Shown here: positions 22,998-30,778 of the stretch, in pieces
Numbering within the stretch: the first letter of the stretch is position 1
Layout: every line of letters starts with the position of its first letter
Assembly (NCBI GenBank): GCA_016432445.1
Contig: CP066689.1
Coordinates: forward strand, 210,001-242,000
Direction of reading: 5' to 3'
Source: Candidatus Saccharimonadota bacterium
GTDB taxonomy: Bacteria > Patescibacteriota > Microgenomatia > UBA1406 > GWC2-37-13
Length of the DNA: 32,000 nucleotides
Made by a program: the position numbers and the translations under genes
Notes under the pieces: generated by a model
Told to the model about the DNA's origin: nothing
The model's database searches: none
Seen by the model: the letters and a program-made list of their open reading frames with translations, nothing else

Positions 22998-23788
22998 ATT
23001 TTTTTAATTGGGAAGGCATAAAACCAGGTAAAAGCTGAGACGCTTTTGATAATATTTTCCGGTTTTTCATCATTGCCGTCAGCATAACTGCAGTTATTTG
23101 GGTCTCTAATGCTAACACTTGAAGAATCAATATCGACATTATCAACCGTGAATGCGTGATCGATTCTTCGTGGCGTACTGCAGCTGGCGCAGGGGAAATC
23201 TTTAGAAGAGGCAATAATAAGATAACCCTGATCAAGATAATTTTTAGCTTGTTTAAGATCTAAAATTCCATTGAAAGCAAGGTTTTGTCCCACATGCATT
23301 CCTAATCCTTCAAACCAAGAACTGGAAAGAGCGTTTAGCAAATAGCTGGCATTATCTCCGCAGGTTCTCCATCCATTTTGCTGAAAAATTAAATCTACTT
23401 GAGGTGGAGAGAGTCCTATGCCAAAAGTAGATAAGATCATTGATAGTGAGGTTGGAGCACATCCGGCCGCGCCTAAATTACATATACTTTTCCACATAGT
23501 ATTACCTTGACAATAAAAAACAAAGCCGTTGCGTTTTTCTTTATTGTAAATAGAGGGATTAGGAGGATTAGAAGGATTAGGCAGTTGATCTTCGGGAATG
23601 TTTGAGGTTGATATTTCTCCTTTCGGAAAAAAAATTTTTAAAAATTCTTTAATAGTTTCTGCTCCATTACTCTTGCTTGATTCGCTGTCTGGTTGAGCAC
23701 GAACTGTAGTAGAGAAAGAAACTAATACTATTAATAAAATTAATATTATTTTACTCATATCGTTGACAAGAGATTTTTTTTTAGACAT
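22994..23788 (-). CDS. Secreted papain-like cysteine peptidase (Peptidase_C39-like / cell-wall hydrolase candidate)
   Basis: Signal peptide ending in TVRA. YCQGNTMW..GAAGCAPTSLSMIL (nucleophile Cys context). Later IDHAFTV (His) and IRDPN. Confidence 0.5.
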   Translation of the reverse strand: MSKKKSLVNDMSKIILILLIVLVSFSTTVRAQPDSESSKSNGAETIKEFLKIFFPKGEISTSNIPEDQLPNPSNPPNPSIYNKEKRNGFVFYCQGNTMWKSICNLGAAGCAPTSLSMILSTFGIGLSPPQVDLIFQQNGWRTCGDNASYLLNALSSSWFEGLGMHVGQNLAFNGILDLKQAKNYLDQGYLIIASSKDFPCASCSTPRRIDHAFTVDNVDIDSSSVSIRDPNNCSYADGNDEKPENIIKSVSAFTWFYAFPIKKI

Positions 23789-23791
23789 AAT
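23763..23791 (+). promoter_or_regulatory. Near-consensus sigma70-type promoter, leaderless geometry
   Basis: TTGACA (23763-23768), 17-nt spacer, CATAAT (23786-23791). The ATG at 23798 is 6 nt downstream. Confidence 0.6.
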
Positions 23792-23797
23792 GTTTTT

Positions 23798-26743
23798 ATG
23801 GCCGGCTTTTTTGATTTTATAAAAAAACCTAACTCACCTGCAACTCCAAATCAGCAGCCTGCCACTATGAGTCAGCCTCCTCAAGTTCCTTCACCGGTAA
23901 CTAATTCTCCTGCCTTGCCTCAAACTCCAACGCAGGAAGCTAACATGATGCTTCATTTTGACACTCATCAAAGCCTTCGGCAAGCTCCACCCTCCGTCAA
24001 GACTTCCGCGTCCGTTAAAACTCCGGCGGACAAGTCGGATGACAAGCCTGATGACAAACTTTCAAAGCCATCAATTAATCCTTTATCTCAAAATTTAAGC
24101 GGAGAAAAAAGAGTCAATATTGATGTTATGACCCATTTAACTCAACGTTCAAACCGCGCTTTTTTATCGGCTAACAGTAAAGCCAAAGAATTAAAAAATA
24201 GTTTTATTGACAGTGAACATATTCTTCACGGGTTATTGTCTGATGGAGAGATTTATAAATTGTTTATTGATCTTAAAATCCAGCCTCAGTTTATTGAGGA
24301 TGAACTTAACAAACTTTATCGTCGGGAGAATAACAATGCTTCTCCTCAAATGTCTCCAAGAGTTAAAAAAATTATTGACGATTCATTAGTAATTGCAAGA
24401 AAACTAGGTTTTGAGTTCATTTCACCTGAACACATTTTACTGGGTTTATATGAGGAAGGTGAAGGGGTAGGCGCTAGAGTATTAGTTAAATTAGGATTAA
24501 AAAAAGAAGATATTAATAAAAAGATATTGGGGAAGAAAGAAGGGTTGGAAGCTGATCAAAAAGAAGCTCAAAATAAGAAAAATGTTTTGGATCAATATAC
24601 TATAGATTTAACTGCAAAAGCCTCACAAGGGCTTCTGGATCCGGTTGTCGAACGGTCGGAGGTAATTGAGAGAGTGATCCATATTTTATCCAGAAGAACT
24701 AAAAACAATCCGGCCTTGGTTGGCGAGGCAGGCGTTGGTAAAACTGCTATTGTTGAAGGATTAGCGCAGAAAATAGTGTCTAAACAAGTACCTGATCCAT
24801 TGCTTAATAAGAAAATTTTACAGCTTGATCTTATGAGTATTTTGGCAGGCGCCTCTCATAGAGGTGAGTTTGAAGAAAGGATGAAAGATTTGATAGAACA
24901 AATTAAAGCCAGTCAGGGTCAGCTTCTCCTTTTTATTGATGAGATTCATAATATTGTAGGTGCCGGTTCATCTGGCGAAGGGTCACTTGATGCTTCAAAT
25001 TTTTTAAAACCAGCTCTGGCTCGTGGTGAAATACAGCTTATTGGAGCAACGACTTTAACAGAGTATCGGAAATATATTGAAAAAGATCCGGCTCTTGAGC
25101 GCCGTTTTCAACCAGTACTTGTGCCCGAACCCACCGAAGAGCAAGCTGTGAAGATGCTTAAAAGCATTAAAGATAAATATGAAGCCTTTCATAAAGTAAA
25201 AATTCCAGATGATGCTGTTAACGCGGCGGTTCGTTACTCTAAACGTTATATTGGTGACAGGTTTTTACCTGATAAAGCAGTGGATTTGATTGATGAGGCG
25301 GCCTCTGCTGTTAGGCTTCCATTAATTTCTTTGCCTGAAGAAATTAAGTCGATTGAAACCCGAGTAGCAGAATTGACTCAAGAGGCGGCGGAAGCTGAAA
25401 AAGCCTCTGATAAAGTTAAAGCAAGGATAATCCGTTCAAAAATTGATGATATCCAAGCTGATCTTAAAGAAAAGAAAGATCAATATAATGTAAAAAAAGC
25501 CCAAACAACAACCGAAATAACTGAAAATATTATTAAAGATATTGTTTCCCGCTGGACTGGAATTCCGGTTTCCAAGATTACAGGCAATGAAAAAGAAAAA
25601 TTAGCTTCGCTTGAAAGCATTATGCATAAAAGACTTATCGATCAGGAGACAGCTGTATCAGCTGTGGCCGCGGCAGTAAGACGCGGAAGAGCCGGCTTGA
25701 AATCAAATCAAAGACCAATTGGAAGTTTTGTTTTCTTAGGACCAACTGGTGTTGGTAAAACAGAACTGGCTAAAACTTTGGCTGATATTTTATTTGGTCA
25801 GGAAGAGGCCATGGTTAGATTTGATATGACTGAGTATATGGAAAAGCATGAAGTAGCTAAACTTTTGGGAGCTCCTCCAGGATATGTGGGTTATGAGGAG
25901 GGCGGGAAGCTAACTGAAGCTGTACGTCGCAGACCTTACTCGGTTGTCCTTTTTGATGAGGTAGAAAAAGCCCATCCGGATATTTTTAATATTCTTTTGC
26001 AGATTCTTGATGATGGACGATTAACTGATAATAAAGGTCATACAATTTCTTTTAAAAATACTGTTGTTATTTGCACTTCAAACATTGGGACGCAGGTAAT
26101 TCAGGATGAGCTTTTGAAGGAAAAGGATCTGGAGATTAAAGAAGAGACAGAAGAGGAAATTAAAAGAGATAAAGAAAAATATGAAGGAATTAAAGGAAAA
26201 GTAATGGCTGAATTAAAGAAATTTTTCAAACCAGAACTTATTAACCGTTTTGATGAGATAATTGTATTTGAACCTTTAAAATTTGTGCACATGATGGAAA
26301 TTGTAAAACTGCAGTTAAAAAGTGTAGGTAAGCTTCTGGAAGATCAAGATATTGGTTTTTCCTATACAGAGGCTGCGGTTAAAGAAATAGTTAGATCAGG
26401 ATTTGATCCTATTTATGGAGCGCGTCCATTAAAAAGAGCGATCCAAAAATTATTGGAAAATCCAGTTTCTACTTTGATAATTGAAGGCAAAATTAAAGCA
26501 GGTAATGTTTTGCATACTGATTTTGATGGAGATAACTTCATTTTTAATGTAGAACAAACAGAAATGCTGCCAGCAGATCAAGTCAAAAAAAATGAAATCA
26601 AAGAATTTGTGTGTAATGTTTGTCATCAAGAGTTTAAAACAGAGGTAAACCAGTCATCAACCGTAATTTGTCCTTATTGTACAGCCAAAAATATTAATGA
26701 AAAGAAAGCAGAGGAAAAAAAAGAAATAAATGTATTAAAATAA
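23798..26743 (+). CDS. Two-ring Clp/Hsp100 AAA+ ATPase (ClpC/ClpB-like) with N-terminal P/Q/S/T-rich extension and C-terminal zinc ribbon
   Basis: Clp_N repeats ([17 protein letters not shown]). Walker A GEAGVGKT and GPTGVGKT. Walker B LFIDEIH and [20 protein letters not shown]. Short middle domain of about 65 aa. C-terminal [16 protein letters not shown]. Confidence 0.85.
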   Translation: MAGFFDFIKKPNSPATPNQQPATMSQPPQVPSPVTNSPALPQTPTQEANMMLHFDTHQSLRQAPPSVKTSASVKTPADKSDDKPDDKLSKPSINPLSQNLSGEKRVNIDVMTHLTQRSNRAFLSANSKAKELKNSFIDSEHILHGLLSDGEIYKLFIDLKIQPQFIEDELNKLYRRENNNASPQMSPRVKKIIDDSLVIARKLGFEFISPEHILLGLYEEGEGVGARVLVKLGLKKEDINKKILGKKEGLEADQKEAQNKKNVLDQYTIDLTAKASQGLLDPVVERSEVIERVIHILSRRTKNNPALVGEAGVGKTAIVEGLAQKIVSKQVPDPLLNKKILQLDLMSILAGASHRGEFEERMKDLIEQIKASQGQLLLFIDEIHNIVGAGSSGEGSLDASNFLKPALARGEIQLIGATTLTEYRKYIEKDPALERRFQPVLVPEPTEEQAVKMLKSIKDKYEAFHKVKIPDDAVNAAVRYSKRYIGDRFLPDKAVDLIDEAASAVRLPLISLPEEIKSIETRVAELTQEAAEAEKASDKVKARIIRSKIDDIQADLKEKKDQYNVKKAQTTTEITENIIKDIVSRWTGIPVSKITGNEKEKLASLESIMHKRLIDQETAVSAVAAAVRRGRAGLKSNQRPIGSFVFLGPTGVGKTELAKTLADILFGQEEAMVRFDMTEYMEKHEVAKLLGAPPGYVGYEEGGKLTEAVRRRPYSVVLFDEVEKAHPDIFNILLQILDDGRLTDNKGHTISFKNTVVICTSNIGTQVIQDELLKEKDLEIKEETEEEIKRDKEKYEGIKGKVMAELKKFFKPELINRFDEIIVFEPLKFVHMMEIVKLQLKSVGKLLEDQDIGFSYTEAAVKEIVRSGFDPIYGARPLKRAIQKLLENPVSTLIIEGKIKAGNVLHTDFDGDNFIFNVEQTEMLPADQVKKNEIKEFVCNVCHQEFKTEVNQSSTVICPYCTAKNINEKKAEEKKEINVLK

Positions 26744-26747
26744 AAAT

Positions 26748-27155
26748 ATGAATAACTATACGCCTATTAATGTAAAAAAAATTGAAGAAAAATTTGTTAA
26801 AGAGCAAAAAAAAGGCATAAACTTAGATACGATATTGCTTCTTATTGGAACCTTGCTGGCAGTTGCTTTAATCTTCATGCTTTTCATTCTTATTCAAAAG
26901 AAAATGCAGTCGAGTCAAGAAGCTTCTGTTATACCAACTATTGGTTCCCGTCCTAAACCAACATTAGTTAAGGAAAATGTTGTCTCCACTCCTTCAGCAG
27001 TGCCATCGATAGAAGTCACTAAAGTTCTAAGTATTACGCCATCATCAACAGTCTCAGCAACACCTCAAGCAACAGCTTCAGCTACGCCTACCTCTACACC
27101 TTCAGCTTTATTAACTAGTCCTACCGCTTCGCCGTCAGCGACTAAAACACCTTAA
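26748..27155 (+). CDS. N-terminally anchored S/T/P/A-rich surface protein
   Basis: TM ILLLIGTLLAVALIFMLFILI followed by the low-complexity tail SATPQATASATPTSTPSALLTSPTASPSATKTP. Confidence 0.55.
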   Translation: MNNYTPINVKKIEEKFVKEQKKGINLDTILLLIGTLLAVALIFMLFILIQKKMQSSQEASVIPTIGSRPKPTLVKENVVSTPSAVPSIEVTKVLSITPSSTVSATPQATASATPTSTPSALLTSPTASPSATKTP

Positions 27156-27161
27156 AATAAT

Positions 27162-27836
27162 ATGACGGATTTTCCCATACAGTCTTCAATATTTATTTTA
27201 CAGATAGCGGTACTTTATTTTGTTTCAAGAATAACAATTCAGGAAATTTTTCGTTTCTTTTACTTTTTTACTTCAAATCGAAAAATTATTTTTAGCTTGA
27301 TGTCTTTAGTGCTTCTTCCCGGAACAGCTCTTCACGAAATAGCTCATTTTATCATGGCGACTATTCTTATGATGAGAGTGAAAGAAGTAAAAATAATTCC
27401 TGAATGGGAAGGAAATTCTATTAAATTAGGTAGAGTACTTTATGAAAAAAAAGATGCGGTTAGAGGAATTATTGTAGGTATTGCTCCTATATTGGCTGGT
27501 ATTTTCTTTTTTTGGTTTGCAGCTCAGATAGGCCGCGATATTAACAATAATCTTGGATTAAATATCTTATTAGTTTATCTAATATTTATTATATCTAGCA
27601 CTATGTTTTCCTCAAAACAAGATCTTATAGATATTATTTTTACGATTCCTTTCTTCTTGGTTATTATAGGAGGCGCTTATATATTGAATATTCCTATTAT
27701 TAAGATAATACAGAATTTTTTACCAAAGTTGGATTCAGGTTTAGTTATTATCAACCGTTTTCTATTTTATTCTCTTGCTATTCATATAGTGATAATAGTA
27801 TCATTTAAAAGTTTCAAAAGAGTGTTAAAGAAATGA
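27162..27836 (+). CDS. Polytopic membrane protein with HExxH motif (putative zincin-like membrane metallopeptidase, DUF3267-like)
   Basis: LLPGTALHEIAHFIMA plus at least four further hydrophobic segments. Its stop overlaps the start of the next gene (ATGA). Confidence 0.5.
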   Translation: MTDFPIQSSIFILQIAVLYFVSRITIQEIFRFFYFFTSNRKIIFSLMSLVLLPGTALHEIAHFIMATILMMRVKEVKIIPEWEGNSIKLGRVLYEKKDAVRGIIVGIAPILAGIFFFWFAAQIGRDINNNLGLNILLVYLIFIISSTMFSSKQDLIDIIFTIPFFLVIIGGAYILNIPIIKIIQNFLPKLDSGLVIINRFLFYSLAIHIVIIVSFKSFKRVLKK

Positions 27837-28180
27837 ATAATATAGTAGCTCAAGGTTTAAAAATAGTTCCTTCAGTGGGTGCCGGAACACCTCAGCCTGC
27901 TTCATTGACATTAACTGGGCCGTTAAAGGGTATCAATACTATTGGTGATGTAGTCAACAGAATAAGCCAGTTTTTAATACCGCTGGCCGCAGTTATTTTA
28001 TTTATTGTTTTAGTTTATGGAGGTTATCAGTTTTTATTATCTCAAGGCAATCCTGAGAAAGTTAAATCTGCAAGGGCTATACTTACTGCCGGAGTAATAG
28101 GATTTATTCTGCTTATAATCTCATTTACTTTAGTAAAGCTTATATCTTTTATTTTAGGGCTGGATACAGGCATAATATAG
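27833..28180 (+). CDS. VirB2/TrbC-like small two-TM protein, paralog 4
   Basis: TM, SQGNPEKVKSAR, TM. 115 aa. Confidence 0.6.
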   Translation: MNNIVAQGLKIVPSVGAGTPQPASLTLTGPLKGINTIGDVVNRISQFLIPLAAVILFIVLVYGGYQFLLSQGNPEKVKSARAILTAGVIGFILLIISFTLVKLISFILGLDTGII

Positions 28181-28215
28181 TTTAGCGTTTGGCGCTAAAC
28201 GTATTTTATTGTTGT
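28180..28215 (+). terminator. Intrinsic terminator
   Basis: GTTTAGCG-tttgg-CGCTAAAC followed by a T-rich tract (GTATTTTATTGTTGTTTTTT). Confidence 0.6.
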
Positions 28216-28250
28216 TTTTTATTAAAAAAGAGTTATAATATATAACTAAT

Positions 28251-28319
28251 ATGGATATGGATGAGTGTCAATCAAGCGATGATACTGGCTTTTTTAAATC
28301 TGTTAAACATATCCACTGA
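28251..28319 (+). other. 22-codon mini-ORF inside a short promoter-to-terminator unit (possible sRNA or leader)
   Basis: MDMDECQSSDDTGFFKSVKHIH*. TATAAT at 28234-28239 upstream and a strong terminator downstream. Confidence 0.25.
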
Positions 28320-28332
28320 TATTTATAATAAT

Positions 28333-28358
28333 ATCCCGCAGTAAGCGGGATTTTTTTT
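28333..28358 (+). terminator. Strong intrinsic terminator 13 nt upstream of the pyrH-fusion start
   Basis: ATCCCGC-agtaa-GCGGGAT followed by T8. Confidence 0.75.
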
Positions 28359-28371
28359 AGCGCATAAAAAT

Positions 28372-29697
28372 ATGTTTTGGAGAAAAGAACCACCAATAGT
28401 TCTCTCGATCGGAGGCAGTTTAATAGTCCCCAATGGAGGCATAGATACGGAATTTTTAAGGAAACTTAATGCTTTTGTTAGAGAACAAGTAAAAAAAGGT
28501 AAACGTTTCTTTTTAGTTGCTGGAGGAGGAAAGATTGCTCGTCATTATCGTGATGCTGGAAAAGATGTGATTGGAGAAATGACTAATGAGGATTTGGATT
28601 GGTTGGCGATACATGTTACTCGCGTAAATGCCCATCTTTTAAGAACAATTTTTCAAGATATTGCTCATCCCCGTATCATTGAAAATTATGATAAAAGATT
28701 AATTAACTGGAAAGAACCGGTAGTAATCGGCGCTGGCTGGAAACCTGGATGGTCAACTGATTATGACGCAGTCCTTTTAGCTAAAGATTATGGTGCTAAT
28801 CTAATTGTAAATTTATCCAATATCGATTGGATTTACGATAAAGATCCAAATAAATATAAAGACGCTAAAATTATAAAAAAGCTTACATGGGAAGAAATGG
28901 AAGATTTAGTAGGTAATAAATGGATTCCAGGTTTAAATGCTCCTTTTGATCCTATAGCTACTCAGCTTGCAAAAAAATTAAATTTAACAGTGATTGTTAC
29001 CAATGGTAAAGATTTTGATAATTTAGAAAAAATCATAGAAGGAGATGTCTTTAAAGGTACTGTCATTTTACCTTATCATATTGATGCCAGTTTTTATGAT
29101 AGAGAGTATTACACAGGTCAAAAAGGCGCTTATCGTATAGCCAGAATGGGGTCAATGACTGGAAGAATTATTCATGCTATCTCTAATTTTTATCGGGCTC
29201 TCTTAATTAAAATATTTTTAAACCCAAAAAACTGTCTTGATATCGGTTGTGGTACAGGTAGATTAGTTAAATACTTAAGAAAATTGGGAATAGATGCTTA
29301 TGGAGTAGAGTTGTCAAAGGAAGTTTTAGAATTAGCGGATAAACAAGTTAAGCCTTTTTTAAAACTAGGTCACATTACTGATTTGCCATATCAGGATAAT
29401 CAGTTTGATTTAGTAACGACTTTTGATGTTTTGGAACATATTGAGCGGGGTAAAATAAAGGAGGCAATTGAGGAAAGCGTTAGAGTTTCCAGAAAATATA
29501 TTCTTCACAAAATTTATACTAAAGAAAATTTATGGATAAGTTTGATGCATGCTAAAGATTTTTCCCATATATCAGTTTTTACTAAAGATTATTGGAAAAA
29601 ACTATTTAGTGAAATTAGCCATGTATCGGTATTAAAAAATTCTTTTTTCCGACTGCCTTCATTTATTGAAACAATATTTCTTCTTAAGAAAGATTAA
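28372..29697 (+). CDS. pyrH: Fusion protein: archaeal-type UMP kinase (N) + class I SAM-dependent methyltransferase (C)
   Basis: Residues 1-233: VLSIGGSLIVP..FLVAGGGKIAR..GWKPGWSTDYDA..KDPNKYKDAK, as I recall for archaeal PyrH. Residues about 280-441: motif I CLDIGCGTGRLV and DLVTTFDVLEHI. Confidence 0.75.
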   Translation: MFWRKEPPIVLSIGGSLIVPNGGIDTEFLRKLNAFVREQVKKGKRFFLVAGGGKIARHYRDAGKDVIGEMTNEDLDWLAIHVTRVNAHLLRTIFQDIAHPRIIENYDKRLINWKEPVVIGAGWKPGWSTDYDAVLLAKDYGANLIVNLSNIDWIYDKDPNKYKDAKIIKKLTWEEMEDLVGNKWIPGLNAPFDPIATQLAKKLNLTVIVTNGKDFDNLEKIIEGDVFKGTVILPYHIDASFYDREYYTGQKGAYRIARMGSMTGRIIHAISNFYRALLIKIFLNPKNCLDIGCGTGRLVKYLRKLGIDAYGVELSKEVLELADKQVKPFLKLGHITDLPYQDNQFDLVTTFDVLEHIERGKIKEAIEESVRVSRKYILHKIYTKENLWISLMHAKDFSHISVFTKDYWKKLFSEISHVSVLKNSFFRLPSFIETIFLLKKD

Positions 29698-29707
29698 AAT
29701 ATAATCC

Positions 29708-30742
29708 ATGATCTTTAAGCAAATAACTGTCACTGATTTTAGAAACTTCGACAGCAAGATCTTTGATTTTCATCCGTCTTTAACTATCATTATTGGTGAA
29801 AATGCGAGGGGGAAAACTAATCTTTTGGAGGCTATATTTTTATCAATAAATGGCGCAGGTTTTAGAGAATCAAAAGAAGAAGAACTTATAACGCTGGGTA
29901 AAGGTCAGGCTGTTGTAGAAGCTGAGTGGGAAGATAAAAAAGAAGAACAAAAATTTCAGATTGTTATTACGAAAAGAGGTGAGACTATTGAAAAGAAATT
30001 TTTTGTCAATAAGACCAAGAAAGGCTATTATTCTTATTCCCAGTATCAGATTAAATCAGTTTTATTTGCTCCTGAACATATAGACATAATCAATGGTTCA
30101 CCAGATAAAAGGCGGGAATATTTTAATAGGTTTATTGCTATTTTTGATCCTGAATACAAAAAAAAGGTTCATAATTACGAGCATGCTTTATATAAAAGAA
30201 ACAAAATTTTGGAACATCATACTAATGATCAAACATTAAAAGAAGAGTTGCTTTTTTGGAATGATTATCTGGAAAAACAGGCAGTTTATATCAGCGCTAA
30301 AAGGCAGGAATACAGTGATTATTTAAATGATAACCAATCAATTGACGGTAGATTATTTAGAATTAATTACTTAAAGAATGAGTTAACCCAAGAATTATTA
30401 AATAAAGTTTATGATGAAGAAAAAAGATTAAGAAGAACTTTGATTGGTCCGCAAAAAGATGATTTTCAGATACATCTTAATGATAAAAACGTCCACCATT
30501 TCGGTTCCCGCAGTGAACAGCGGCTAGCTGTTTTCTGGCTCAAGCTTAATGAAATAAATTATCTTACTCATTTTTTTAAAAAGAAACCTATCTTACTCTT
30601 GGATGATATTTTCTCAGAGCTTGATACTAAAAATAAAAAGGTCATTCTTGATCTTATCGGCAATTATCAAACTGTGCTTACAACTACGGAAAAAGAGCTT
30701 CTTGATCTAGTCAACATGCCCAAAACAGTCATCCAGCTTTGA
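29708..30742 (+). CDS. recF: DNA replication and repair protein RecF
   Basis: ITVTDFRNF..IIGENARGKTNLLEAI (Walker A), a GSRSEQRL signature-like motif and LLLDDIFSELD (Walker B). Confidence 0.85.
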   Translation: MIFKQITVTDFRNFDSKIFDFHPSLTIIIGENARGKTNLLEAIFLSINGAGFRESKEEELITLGKGQAVVEAEWEDKKEEQKFQIVITKRGETIEKKFFVNKTKKGYYSYSQYQIKSVLFAPEHIDIINGSPDKRREYFNRFIAIFDPEYKKKVHNYEHALYKRNKILEHHTNDQTLKEELLFWNDYLEKQAVYISAKRQEYSDYLNDNQSIDGRLFRINYLKNELTQELLNKVYDEEKRLRRTLIGPQKDDFQIHLNDKNVHHFGSRSEQRLAVFWLKLNEINYLTHFFKKKPILLLDDIFSELDTKNKKVILDLIGNYQTVLTTTEKELLDLVNMPKTVIQL

Positions 30743-30747
30743 TAATT

Positions 30748-30761
30748 TGGTAGAATATAAT
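30748..30761 (+). promoter_or_regulatory. tRNA promoter candidate (overlapping -10 boxes)
   Basis: TGgTAGAAT overlapping TATAAT (30756-30761), 17-22 nt upstream of the tRNA 5' end. Confidence 0.45.
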
Positions 30762-30778
30762 AGGCTATAGTCTAATTT

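Noticed and set aside
20276-26292. ORFs 20276-20467 (-), 22987-23235 (-), 24207-24389 (+) and 26101-26292 (-)
   Set aside because: They overlap, in alternative frames or antisense, the SLT-like, C39-like and Clp genes, all of which carry recognisable motifs.
26353-26361. IGF tripeptide in the Clp ATPase as a ClpP-docking loop
   Set aside because: It lies in [11 protein letters not shown], which aligns with the structured small C-terminal subdomain just before YGARPL. It does not lie in the surface loop after the D2 sensor-1 region where ClpA/ClpC/ClpX carry the motif.
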